Below, in pieces: positions 11,304 through 26,889 of a stretch of DNA of 64,000 nt. The stretch lies in the NCBI RefSeq assembly GCF_006345805.1, contig NC_042997.1:66960001-67024000 (forward strand), in the 5' to 3' direction. This DNA comes from Octopus sinensis (Eukaryota). Within the stretch, counting starts at the first letter, position 1. Each line of letters begins with the position of its first letter. Both the position numbers and the translations under genes were made by a program. The notes below the pieces were generated by a model. It ran no database searches. It was not told the origin of the DNA and saw nothing but the letters and a program-made list of their open reading frames with translations.

Positions 11304-11532
11304 ATGTATTTATGTCTTTATGTTTGTCTGTCCCCCATCACTTGACAACTGATGTTGATGTGTTTACGTACCCATAATTTAGCAGTTCAGCAAAAGAGAC
11401 TGTTAGAATAAGTACTAGGCTTACAAAGAATAAGTCCTGGGCGTGATTTCTTTGACTAAAAAAAACCTTTTAAGGCAGTGCTCCAGCTTAGCCACAGTCA
11501 AATGACTGAAACAAGTAAAAGAATAAAAGAAT
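11226..11532 (+). mobile_element. SINE family B, 3' half
   Basis: (TA)n/(TG)n linker, then TTTGTCTGTCCCCCATCACTTGACAAC..AGTCAAATGACTGAAACAAGTAAAAGAATAAAAG as in 60040-60280. Confidence 0.75.
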
Positions 11533-12475
11533 AAACAAAATGGGAAAAGAACCAAAGACATGATGTTTGTGAATGAGCAAACAAAGTTTTGTTAAATTTT
11601 GCATTATCTCCAGAATCAAATGGTTATTTTTGAAACAAAAATGTAGAACCCTTGAAAGATAGAAATTAAATGAGGATGGTGCAAAATATGAAGAAGGACA
11701 GGATTTCTGTCTTGGACATATTAATCCAAAGTATCTTAGATTCAGTGCTATTTACTCTTCCGAAAAGAAAGTATTTGAATATGCTTATTTCCCAGGACAT
11801 TTGAATGGCCTCACACCCTTTTCTCTTCACATACTTAAAATGCTTTATTCTGTTGCATTAAGTGACATTAGAAAGTCTTATAAAACATCCTAGTTCAGTA
11901 TAATTCATTTTATTTGTTTTATCGTTTTTCACCTATTTTTACTGGTGACTTATTTTGAGGCAGTATTTCGTGGTCATATGCCCTTGTTGCCAATCCTTAT
12001 TTCCAAGAAAGGGTTGTTTTTTTTTTACTTTGTTATCTGTGAAATTGCAGAGTGACCAGTCATAATTTCAACAGAGAATGTAAACATTACTCCACAGTTT
12101 CACTCATGTGGTAACAAATGAAGATGTGGAGTTCAACATTTATATGCACAGACATATGTGCAGTGGCACACAGACTTTTGGCTTCAAATATGAACACACA
12201 CCACACACAAGGCATTTATCAACTTAAGACTATAGAAGAAGATGCCTGATCATGAAGTCACATAGTGAAATAGAACTTGAAACTATGTGATTACAATGCA
12301 AGCTCTGTACCCAAACAGCCATGCTTGCACCTTAGCTATATATTTTGGAGAAGCCAGGTGGATCACAAGTTCATAATCCAGTTTTTTCTTGGCTTTCTTG
12401 TTAGGAGAACATTAGTCTAAAAACAATGTAATAAACTAGATTGTTGAAGTATTAAAAATTGTTTCTGTTTTGTAG

Positions 12476-12620
12476 AGAGGCAGCTTCAGAATGTCGACGG
12501 AAGAAGAAAGAATATGTGAAATGCCTGGAAAATCGAGTATCAGTTCTGGAAAATCAAAATAAAACATTAATAGAGGAATTGAAGGCATTAAAAGAATTGT
12601 ATTGTCAAAAAGATGGATAA
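12476..12620 (+). CDS. CREB1: CREB-family last coding exon (basic region C-half + leucine zipper)
   Basis: Acceptor TTTCTGTTTTGTAG at 12475; phase-2 join AG|A gives Arg; translates EAASECRRKKKEYVKCLENRVSVLENQNKTLIEELKALKELYCQKDG then TAA (12618-12620). Confidence 0.97.
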
Positions 12621-12766
12621 ATTGGATTTTGGCGATTATGTTCTCCCTAAATATGAAGAGGCAACACAGCAGTTTGCTGGTCTCACTCTTCGAACAATTT
12701 GAGTTTTAACTTTTATTTCAACCACAGTTTACTACAAACAATTGCATCTTCAAATCACTTCAAAAT

Positions 12767-12810
12767 AATAAATACAAATAAAGTTTTTTGTTTTTTTTTT
12801 TGTTTTTGTT
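12767..12810 (+). terminator. Candidate proximal polyadenylation signal of CREB
   Basis: Two AATAAA hexamers (12767, 12777) immediately followed by a GU/U-rich tract, about 150 nt after the stop. Confidence 0.55.
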
Positions 12811-15800
12811 CTGCTTTATTTTCCTAAGTCTAAATTTTTTTCTTTTCTTTTATTTTTAATAGTTTTCTTTGGAAAGTTTTTATTTGAATAATACTGCCCC
12901 CACTAAATATTTAAAAAAATCATATTTTAGGCTGACATATTTTAAATGACTGTGAAGGGCTGGGTGTGGCAACTTAATGAATATCATTATTTTCTCTGTT
13001 GTGGAGATTTTTAATTTTCTATAAATTCAATGGAAATTCTTAAAATATTTATTCTCTCATCATCTGTTATTTTTTATTCCCTTTTGTTGCACACCTTTTT
13101 GTTTTCCCCATCTTTTTGATTTTTTTAAAAGAATTTTTGTTTAATATTTGAAGAATGATAGAAATTTGTTTTTAAATTACTTTTTGTTGTAATTTTGTTT
13201 CATTTTCTTTGAATATTATTAATAGTCCAATTCCAAAAGAAAAGAATGCTCTTAGGTGGAGGGGAAAATGAGGTAGAGTGGTGAGAACAAATTTGGGGTA
13301 ATATCAGAAAAAAAAACAACAAAAAAAACAACAAAGAAAAAGGGAAAAAGACTTTTAATAAAACTGGGATGTCTTGCTATGTAATTTCATTTGGAACTTA
13401 ACCATAACTATTTTCAACTTTTACAATTCCAAATTGAAAGTATCTCATTTTGAACTGTGTCATCAGTTTACAGATTGTTCCTGAAACTGATATGAAATTA
13501 CTTGGTGGAAATTCTGCAGACCTTTTTACTTCATGCCTTTTGTCTGTTTCTATAAAATTGTTTACATTTTCAAATAGCTTTTCTTTCTTTCTTACTGTTA
13601 TTTTTTTCTTCTTTCATTTAGAAAATTGTATTTTATTTTCTTGCAAGTTACTTTTAATTGTTCTATTTTGGTAAATATAAAGAGGTTAAAGAATATATAT
13701 TAATTTTTCAAATTTCCCCATTCCATTGTCTACATATTAAACTGAAGTTTGTTGTTAATAAGATCTTGTTCAGTCATGGACAACCTGTGACCTTCAGGAC
13801 TTTCTGAATAGCATGCCAACAAAAAATAACCTTGAATTTCTTTTAGTGTGCAGTCCCTCTAAAAATGAGCTGTATCTCATGTGCCCTGCTTCTCAAGAAA
13901 GGTTGCCTATGTCTGACCAAGTAACTAAACTCATAGTTAGATCTAGCAGATTGAAGTTCTTCTAACTTCATAATAGTCAATGAATTTTTTCAAAATTGGC
14001 AGAAAACAAATCTGAAGATAAACTATTTTTAACTTTAGGATAATATCAGCTTTAAAATTTTACATTTTGTTATATCTTGATGATATTTGATGAATGATCC
14101 ATGAGATACTGTTAGCTTTTGGGGATCAAGATTTAGCATATCACAACAACTGTTGTAACGTTTCCTAATCCATAGTTCATCTGAGCCCGGAGACAACGCT
14201 CGGTTGTTATAGGTTTTAGGGCTATACTGAAGCTGGTCTTGAACAGGCTGTTTAATCAATGTTAAACTGTACATGAAGTGACTTGTATAAAGCCTGCAAG
14301 ACAAATACACAATATTATACTAATGAATGTAAAAGCAAAAACTATGTAAACATTACCGTTTAATTAATTCACAAACTAAATGAATACAGGTGAATATCCT
14401 AAATCAAATCACACCAAGGTCAGTTTTATCTTTCATCTTTTTGGAGTTGATTAATAAAGGATGAGCAGTAGGATTGACACTGCTCTTCCATTCTCTTTCA
14501 GAACTGGTTGTGCTGTGCTGTGAGAAGGACATGGGAGATCACTTCCACTGTACCTTCTTTCAGTTTATCATAGAGAAAGAGTGTGGTTACCACAGCTCTG
14601 GTAGAATATGGCATATGATGATGGCTAGAATCCTAAATAAGATTTGTATGTGTCATCTAATTTCATGCCAGCTTAGAAAAAAGGGGCATCAAATGATGAT
14701 CATAATAAATAGTTTATTGGTTGAGCAGAATGTTTGTCTTACATTATTAGGGTCATAAATAACATGGACTGAAGTATTTTAATAAACCTTATTCACACCA
14801 TTCCATTCATTCATATACAGCATTTAAAAAAAAAATTCAGGTATGTATTTGAGTTTGTTGGCTTTTATGTGTTTCAGAACCTGATCAAGACCAATTGAAT
14901 ATTTTACTATCACGGCTTTTGCTATAAATGATCACTGTATCCTGGAATTAATTGTATAGTGCTTTTTTTTTATGTGTTGGCTACTATGAGAACTATGGTA
15001 ATACTACTACTACTACTAATAATAATAATTTTGTCTAATCCCATTGTAATCATGACTTTACATTATCTTCCTTGTTTATTGTTTTTAAATACCTTTAGTA
15101 GTAGTTTTTGTCTACTAATTGGATGGATGACCCCAGTTACTCATTGTTTTTCAACTTCATGTATTACATATGCGAGGCCCCACCATATATATATTTACTA
15201 TACATGATATTTTCCTGGGGTTCTTGCCCTCAACTTTATTGTTGGTATTCATAATTTGCATCACTACATTCCCTCTGTGTGTATGTGTGTGTGCATGTGT
15301 GTTCACTTTTCAGTCTTGCTAACAAGAACGTAGAATATACTTCATTGACAAAGAATGAATCTTGTCTATTACCTTCACCAGCTGGCCAGATTTATTCCCA
15401 ACTTCACTGACTTTATTTTCCAAATATTTCAATTACCTGATTATATCTCTTGCTTGTTGTTTTTAGATTTTAAATTCCTCTTGTGGGAGTTTTTGTCTAA
15501 TAATTGCATAGATAATCTCAGTTTACATTAGGTTGGGGTGGGGGAGGGGCACTTTTAACAGTTGGGATATTTGACTGTCTTCATTCACTATAATGATTTG
15601 TTTGTTTTTTAACCTCTTCATTTATGTAGCATATTCCACCTTCATATTACTGCTTTTTTGCTAATTGCTTTCAAATTTTAAAATATTACACTATTTGAAA
15701 GACAATGTGTTGAAGTGAATTATTCATTTTTCCCCCTTCCCTGAGCAAATAAAAAAAAAACAATAAAAAAAAAGAAAGAAAACGAATGAACTATATGATC

Positions 15801-16939
15801 TGTCTAAACATTGAGAGAAAAAGAACTAAGAATGAAATCAAATCAGTATTACGGGTATCTTTTATAAATATGTAATTTTAAAATGAAGCTGCTGTTGGAG
15901 ATGTTATGTGTGTAATGTATTTGATAACTTGGCGCCTTTGTTTTACCTTTATTTTCCATAAACTCCTTTTAATGTTGTATTTCACTGGTAGAGCAACTCA
16001 TCAACTGAAAATTGTTTTACTCTTGAGACAGCTAAATAATTTTATTGTAAAGTATTAAATTCTAAGTTTATTAATGTTGTAGATATTTTCAGCATCAAAT
16101 TGTTATCCAGTACTTTTTTGCCAAAATGATGCAACCTAGAAATGAACTTTTTTTCTTTATCCTCTTTGTTTTTGGATAATATTTAGTTAATGATTCTTGT
16201 AGTTAGCTTTTTGTTTAACTTCCTCTGAGAGAAATCTAGCTACACAAAACAAGACTGCTTTAAAGCTATGAGAGTAATGTTTCTCTCAAAATTCAAGGGA
16301 TCTATGAGTTCCTATTTTTTTAAGGCTGGGGGCTAACAGGTTGTCACAAACTATCCTTACTAATCTAGACCCTGAATTGATGTACAGGTTGAATATCCAA
16401 CCCCCATCTCTTATAGGGCCTGCCATAGAATTAAGACTGAATTTTATGCTTCTCCAATGTTAATCGTTTCCTTTTCCCTTACATTTAGTGGTGCCCTTAA
16501 GAAATAGATATGAGCTTATAACTTCCATTTGCCACTCCCCTACACTAGGACTGTTTAATGTTTTGACTGCAATTGTTGATTACAAATAACTTAAACATGG
16601 ACATCTGATCTCATTTTACATTTGTATGAAAGAATATATATTTTAAAGTTTTTCTTGTTTGATTACTATGTATTTCTATAACAATTTAAAAACCAAGTGG
16701 GCCAGAAATTGTTAGGGTTTCTAAGTTTTTATTTTGCTTGGTTAGAAGTCCAATGTTTGTAGATCTGTCAAAGATTTAGTAGTTTGTGATAATAAGCAGG
16801 TGCTTGCTATTTTTTTTATACCTGTGTATAAATTAGTGGGTATTTGTAGAAAATACAGTGGGAGTGGAATATTAAATTTTATAGTTAATTATTTGTATGT
16901 ACACACACACACACACACACACAATTCATATGCAGACAA

Positions 16940-17083
16940 TTGAACATGGCCAAAAGTTTGGAGCATTTAAAAAAAAATTAAAATTGTACAATTCAATTCA
17001 AATATATACAACAATTATATCTGGGCATTTAATATAAAAATTCTAATTTTCAGACAACTGTTCAAAACTTTTGACCATGACTG
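16940..17083. mobile_element. Small Tc1/mariner-like MITE remnant
   Basis: Imperfect TIRs CATGGCCAAAAGTTTGGA / TTCAAAACTTTTGACCATGACTG, with TA at the right flank. Confidence 0.45.
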
Positions 17084-17794
17084 TATGTACATGTCTGTTA
17101 GCACTTCCTAGAAATATAGACATAGTGAATGTATTGTAAATCAACTAAGTGCTCTTTCACTATTTCCAGAAATTCAGACATTGAAAGTACCATAGGAGTT
17201 GACTGTCATCAATGTCAAAAGAGGGCAAGTTGAGTGACAGATTGATGAAGACACTGCTAATTATATTAACAGACTGTTTAATTAGAATAAGTGGGACATC
17301 TGTGATATTTCCAAACTGTCTTAGACTACTCAGATGGATGCATTTGATATTCATACTATGTGCTTCAATTAGTTTTTAAAATGATAAAGAATTAGGAAAG
17401 CTATTATATTTACTATATAAAATAACCATTTTTCATTTTAAGTTGTTATTAGGATCATAACCTAGCAAAAGATCCATATATGAAATTAAGGTAAAATTTT
17501 TTAAGTGTTACATATGAACATTTTTAAAATGGGTTTTGTATTATAAAACCAGGGGTGGACTGTAATAAATGTTAAAAGAAGAGTCTAATGTGGGGTTTAG
17601 GGAACTGAAAATAATAGACGTTAAGAGGAAATATAGTTGCATTGAGTGGATGTATGTGGAGGTAGCAACACATCTTGTACTACCTCCAGAGAGAGTAGAA
17701 GACATTACATTTGTAAGTGGTTGAAAGCAGATAATAACCCTTGAATTGAATCTGCACAGTTTCTACCTCTTAGTGAATCCTTTTACTTACATAC

Positions 17795-18202
17795 CAGGTG
17801 TTTCCAACCTTTTTTATTCCATTTACCCCCTTGGCAATTTTTTGAATACAAATTTACTTCTACTCTGTTTTAGTCAGTACATGAAATGAATGACAAGATA
17901 TTTAAAATAGTTTTCAACATTAAGTTCAAATAGCAGTGAAAATAGGATTCAATGATGTTATTTCACTCATGAATTGACGATCAACTGATACCAGAACCAA
18001 ACATTGTCTTCTGAATCTGTCTATTCCATTAGTAACAGTGATTAAGAAATATGTGATACAAGTCATTAATACAAAAATCTTGAAAGAAAAAGAAACAGTT
18101 TGTATATTTTCACAAAATAGGTCTACTTCAAACTTCCAGATTTGAGAATCAATAAATTTATCCCTTGGGTAGGCTAAATCTACCCCAGTTTTGAAACCCG
18201 TC
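17795..18202. mobile_element. hAT-like MITE remnant
   Basis: Begins CAGGTGTTTCCAACCTTTTT and ends TACCCCAGTTTTGAAACC, resembling Charlie-type hAT termini; degenerate. Confidence 0.4.
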
Positions 18203-18654
18203 TTATATGTTCAGTGTTTTATTGTGAGGAAATTCCTTAATTTCATTATGTCTTATGTCTATTTGCCTTCAATAAAATGAAATAGGTCATTATGTTTAAT
18301 GAAAAGAAACCAATTATCTATCTATCTATCCATCTAGTTGATGAGTTGTTGAACCATTTGATATTTATGTGCTTCGATATAAAAATGATTGCTATTCTGC
18401 TCAACATATTTCTTTTTGCTTCCTTTATTTTCTGAGCATTTTTAATTTGTCAAATATTCTTATTTTCTTTATTGCTTTGTGGATGCATTTCATAATCTTT
18501 TCATAGACAGTGATGTTCAGTTATGTAAAAAAAAAATACTATGCCAGTTATCTATTAATATTAAAGCCAAGTTTAGTCTATCTTTTGTATTGTTATATAT
18601 TCTTAACTGTATTGTTGATTAGCTTGTCAGTATAGGACATGTCTACCAATTCAG

Positions 18655-20325
18655 TACAGCTTTTCTTTTTCTTTGTCTTGTTTCAGTCATTAGACTGTGG
18701 CCACACTGGGGCGCCACCCTGAAGAATTTTAGTTGAATGAATTGACCTCAATACTTATTATTTTCTTGTAAAGCCTGATATTTATTCTATTGACTTCTTT
18801 TTGCCAAACTACTAAGTTATGGGAACATAAACACATCAACACTGGTTGCCAAGAAGTGTTGGGGGACAAACATACACAAAGACACATACACACATATGTA
18901 TACATGACAGGCTTCTTTCAGTTTACACCTACCAAATCCATTCACAAAGCTTTGGTCAGCCCTAGACTATAGTAGAAGACACCTGCCCAAGGTACCACAC
19001 AATGGGACTGAACCTGGAACCATGTGTGGAAGTAAACTCCTTACTATTGGGTTGTCAGGAAAGTTTGTGCTGATTTTTAAAGGAAAGAAAAAGGTCAATA
19101 AATACTTGCCATTACATGTTTAATCAACCAAATATGAATCATTTTGTTGCACAACGCATCTCCATCTTTCCTTTAACTTGAAAATACCCTCTTCCCAGAA
19201 TTGAGGTAGTTTCATGGCAAAGAATTTGTCAAGGTATCTTTTTACATCATCCAAGGAATTGAAATTTTTACCATTAAGACTATTCTGCAGAGACCTGAAT
19301 AAGTGAAAAATACGAAGGAGCAATATCAGGTGAATATGGAGGGTGGGCTAACACATCCCAGCCGAGCTGCAGCAATTTTTGTCTGGTTCCCAAAGAAGCG
19401 TGTGGTCTTACATTATCATGTTGGAAAACAACACCCTTCCTGTTGGCCAAATCTGGATGTTTCTCTTGAATTGTTGCTTTTAACTTGTCCAGTTGTGTGC
19501 AGTATTTCTCAGAATTAATTGTCTGGTTACTTGGGAGAAGCTCATAGTACAGAATTCCTTTTCAATCCCACCAAATACAAAGCAAGACTTTTTTAGAGTT
19601 AAGACCCGCTTTTGGGGTGGCTCATGTCGCTTACTCCAGGATCGCTTTCTCTGAGCATTTCGGTAGATAATCCATTTCTCATCGCCTGTCACAATTTGCT
19701 TTAAAAAAGGTGCGTTTTCATTCTGTTTATAAAGCGAATCACAGATGGAAATGCAATCTAAAAGGTTCTCACTCAGTTCATGTGGTACCCAAACATCGTA
19801 GCGATTTGTGTACCCAAGCTTTACCAGGTGCTCACGAACAATAGATTTTGAGAGGTTGAGGCTTTCTGCCAATTCTCGGGTTGTGCAATGTGGGTTATTC
19901 TCATTTAATGACTTGATTTGGTCATCATCTGTAGTAGATGGTCTGCCTGATCGCTCTTTATCAATAAGGCTACACACTCCAGCTCAGAACCTTGCAAACC
20001 ACATCCGTACAGTTCTTTCAGATAAAGAAACATCACCGTAAACTGTGCGTATTTCTTTGGTTTGCTTGTGAGGCATTTTTCCCTTTACGGAAAAAGAAAA
20101 GCATCAAGTGCCAAAAATGAACTTTCTTATCTTCCATTTTAAAAGGTTACAGAATTAACACAGGTTATTGGAACATAAACCTTTTTCCGCGAAAAGATAG
20201 CTTAAACTGTGCTTTAAATGGAGGTGTGGTCAAATCGTATTTTATGGACTCAACCATGTTCTAAAATAAGTCGAAAGGTAAGCACAAACTTTCCGGACAA
20301 CCCAATATAATGCCATGCCTGCCGT
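18655..20325 (-). mobile_element. SINE family B interrupted in its head by a mariner
   Basis: Reverse-complement SINE body 18655-19046; the head continues at 20306-20325 after the mariner. Confidence 0.65.
19047..20305 (-). mobile_element. Full-length mariner transposon (1259 bp), transposase pseudogene
   Basis: 25-bp TIRs TTGGGTTGTC(A/C)GGAAAGTTTGTGCT with 1 mismatch; TA duplication; MEDKKVHF start at 20137; motifs RSGRP, WVPHEL, IVTGDEKW, YSPDIAP; stop at 19120; stops and frameshifts inside. Confidence 0.93.
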
Positions 20326-21810
20326 GCCTTTAGACTGAATTTTTGTTGACCAAATGAAAAACAAATGAATCAAGAACAACCCAAGTAAAGTAAATTACAT
20401 TAAAATGTTGTCATTGCTTGTTAGGCTCAATAAACTCAATGTTATTATTTATGCTTCATTAAAGGCAGTGAGCTTGAAAGAATTGTTACTGCACTGGACG
20501 AAATGGTTAGTGGCATTTCATCTGGCAAATACCATCAAGATCAACTTTCCTTTTCACCCTTTCGAGGTTGATAAAATAAGTAACAGTTGAGCACTGGGGT
20601 TGATGTAGCCAATTTCAAAATTGCTGTCCTTGTGGCTATAGCAGAAAGAACTCTATGCTTCATCTTCAAGTATTGTGGAATCAATTTTCTTTTCTGAGTT
20701 TTTACCAGTTCACATACACTGTCAACAATTTTAATAAAGACATCAGGACTGGTCATTCATTCATTTGTTTTACACCTGTTTTTTCATGTTAGAATGGGTT
20801 AGATGAATATAATTAAGATATTTTATAACTGGATGCCCTTCCTGTCATTAACCTTTAATTTTCAAGTAAGGAATTTTTTATTCCGTTCATCTTCAAAAGT
20901 TCAGAGCAAGCAGACAATTTGCTGATCTGGTAAGGAATGTCAACAAACATCACTATTTACAGCTGAGTACCTTTTCATACAAACTGCAGAATATAAACAT
21001 TCACATAAACACAGGCAGATACACACTCATGCATAGGCATATGCACACATATATATCATGGGCTTCTGTACATTCTCCAGCTACCAAATTCACAAGGCAT
21101 TGGTCAGCTCAGGACTAGTAGATGCCCAAAGTGTTCCAAGGTAAGGCTGGACCTATAATGAACCACACAGCCATTTGAAATATATGCCAGCATGGAAAAC
21201 AGACTTTAAATGATTATGCTAGTGATGAGGATATTATATATATATATCATATTTGAGGCACTGAGGCCAATGAAGTTTACTTTTTCCTTTTTCAGGATCT
21301 TAATAAAAAGTGGAGTAAGCAAATCCCTTGGACAATCCACACAAGTAACTTGTTTAAAGTAGTAATGGCTTGAGTGGGACCATTCACCCTTTTTGACATT
21401 GTTGATAGCAACAGTTGCCAAAACTGCAAGTTTAAAAACCTAATAATACAAGTTGGTTTGAACTTTGACCTGGTATTTCAATATTTCAACATTAGGCACT
21501 CAAGAAATTTTCAGAGAAATGGTGTTGTTAGCTGACTTCTCTGATCTGTAGTGTGTGTGTATATATTTGTTTGTGTGTGTGTGTCTCTCTCTCTATATAT
21601 ATACATATATAAAAAAGTAAAGACCCCCTTTGGTCATGAATGACCATGGGATTTCACCTAGAAAGTTGCCTTCCAAGGTACAAGTCTGGGCAATGTTATT
21701 TATGGAAGACCAGTTGTCGCCCATGCATATCAGCCAACCCTCTCCTTGCTACTAATGTTACCCAAGAGAAAGTCAAAGGCTGATACAGCTTGGCAGCCCT
21801 TTTCATGTAG

Positions 21811-22101
21811 TAGTAATATCAGTGTGAAATAAAATTATGTTTGCATTAATATGCATGCTATGCATTATGAAATACAATTGTATATTCACAAATCAATGCA
21901 AATAAAGAAATCTAGCTCATCAGATCACTAGAACATCATGATTACACCAATGATTCAACCCATAGAGATTTTAATCGTTGGTGTTTTGATAATTTGATGA
22001 GCTAGCTTTCTTTATTTGCATTGATTTATAAATACACAACTGTATTGTATAATGCATATTAATGCAAATGTAAGCAATTTTATTCCACTCTGATAATACT
22101 A
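21811..22101. repeat. Fold-back/MITE-like element, about 110-bp imperfect arms plus a paired inner stem
   Basis: Arm 21811-21923 is the approximate reverse complement of 21994-22101; inner ACACCAATGATT/AATCGTTGGTGT also pairs. Confidence 0.8.
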
Positions 22102-22268
22102 AATGAAGAAGGGTTTGAAACAGCCATAATCCTAAGAATAGCAAATGATTAGATAAATATATTCATCTCTTATACATCCTGGGTTTATGGTTATACATAC
22201 ATGCATATATTTGCACACAAATTATTATAATGCAATGTTATTGCAGGATACATTGAAAAAATTATATA

Positions 22269-24451
<2,183 letters not shown>

Positions 24452-24549
24452 TATATATATATATATATATAATAAATATTAGGGAATAAATCCAAATTTA
24501 CAGGGAAAAAATCAGATTTAGGATTAAATCCAATTTTATAGTAAAATAT

Positions 24550-24726
24550 TATAAAATATTATTAGAGACAAAACCACTATTTTGCAAAACAAACAAGGAA
24601 AGACTTAATCAATACATAAAATTTTAATAAATAGTCAAATAGTTTTTTTGACTATTTATTAAAATTTTATGTATTGATTAAGTCTTTCCTTGTTTGTTTT
24701 GCAAAATAGTGGTTTTGTCTCTAATA

Positions 24727-24736
<10 letters not shown>
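24550..24736. repeat. Perfect 90-bp inverted repeat with a 7-nt loop
   Basis: 24550-24639 is the exact reverse complement of 24647-24736; abuts (TA)n. Confidence 0.95.
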
Positions 24737-24771
<35 letters not shown>

Positions 24772-26889
24772 TTCATGAAGACACAGCTTGCATTGTAACT
24801 TCATCTACATACTATATGTGTGTGTGTATGCATATATGCACACACTGTCTATTAGAAGCAGATATTTCTTTTAAATAACACTTTGATTTTTTTTGTATTT
24901 TAGAAATGCCGATAGATTTTACCTTCAAAGAGTTAACAGGTTGACTGTACAATATAATCTATAGGCCAAAGTCATAGAAGGATTTTTAAAAATGAATAAT
25001 TGAGGTTTATGCTACTTAATATGAATATATTATTTATAGCTAAACAAAGATAAGTATATTAAAAACACATTACACTGTGTAACAAAATTTTTGTTTCTTT
25101 CATGTGTCTTTGGTCAGTAAGTGTTATTTCCTGTTTGCTTCTGTCTAGAAATCAAAGGAAATGACTACTGTTCCCTTCAAACTTTGCTTTTGTCACCTGG
25201 ACATCAAATTTTTGGAACTGACCTGTTTTCCATTACATTTCAGACAGATTCAGCCCTGAGTTGCTGAAGCAGAAATATTGTTATAGCAAATATTATAACT
25301 CGATACCACAAGTTTGCTTGTCAGTTCCTTGACTGTAACCACTTGAGCATGTCACTTAGTGGCTGGCAATATGTGCATCTCTGATCATGAACAGGAGTAG
25401 TTGGGGAGCATCATTGCCATGTGTTGAGAAGGATTCTTTGGGGTAATTAGCACTGGGATCGATTCATTCTACTAAAAAATTCTTTAAGATGGTGCCCTAG
25501 CATGGCTGCAGTCTAACGACTGAAATAAGTAAGTTGAAGGGCGATGTCTAAGTTTGGAATAAGATTGCCAGGAGCAATAAGACAGCCAAGAGCAAAACGT
25601 TTTGGTAGGATAATAGTTATAGAGGAATTTACTCAACAGTGAATGAACTAATAAATTTAGAATGACCAATGTCATTCTTCACAGCATAAAAGAGTATCAT
25701 TATGAATATAAGTGGCTGAAATGGGGTCCTTCCAAAGGATCTCTGGAATAACGTTATAGTGAGTGTAGGTTGGAGATCTGGGAGTTTTTCCAGGTTCAGC
25801 TGCTATTTCTGCACATTAGCAAGACACAGCTCCATTATTACAGACCCTCCAGTTATTCTAGGCAGAGAAGATGGATATCCAAGAATCTAAACTTAAAATC
25901 AAAGTTGTAAGAAAAAAGGTAAATCTATTAAATTACCTCTCTCTAACTTCTGTCTCTTTGACAAGCACACCTGTGAAAGAGGCTGAAAAAATGACCCAGA
26001 GACCCATATATCAACTATAAGATTAGAAATATGGTACGTTACACTAGATGCCTAAAAGGGACTTTGGTTGACTCCCATGGCACATAGGAGAGAGTTCTTG
26101 TAGTACTAGAGAGAAATTCTGGGAACATTGAAACAACTACTCAGAAAAGACAACTACTTCCATTTTTTAATAGCATTCACTGAATATCCACAACGGTGCA
26201 TTTGACAGACTCAGTATAGATTTTATATCTCTATATTATATTATATTTATGATGCAATACTTTGTTTAGTGAATTTGTCTTGATACGTAAGTGTAGATCA
26301 AGTCTCTATGTCGTATCAATAATGCACCACACTAGATTAGTATATTTCCTCTCCTCCATTTTATACACTTATACTTTATGAATGAATAATTACATATAAA
26401 TATAGACGTGTGCTTGCACTTTTATAGGTGTGTGTGTGCATGTATGTGCATGAGAATAGATGTACATTTATGTGTGTGAATATGTGTGTATGTATGTACG
26501 TATGTATATATAAGTACCTATACATATGTATGTGTATGAGTTTATTAATGTGCTCATGAATATAGGGAGTGTATATGTCTGCATGTGTAATTATATGTAT
26601 ATGTATACACAAGGCCATCTTAACTGCATTAACACTACATTAGCCATCTTAATCGCATTAATCCTACATTAGTCATCTTAACCTTGGGTCAATTATTGCA
26701 TTAGTATATACATACATGGTGATTGCCATTTCTTTACAGAAGAAAGCTATCTCTTCAATTAAATACTGTCATGAGATCTTATATGACTGGCAAGTCCTGC
26801 GCTTGACAAAAAAACTCTACTGCGGATTTTACAAATATTTTAAAGTAGCAAAGTATCTGGGATTGTAATTAAATCCTATCTACGAAGTG

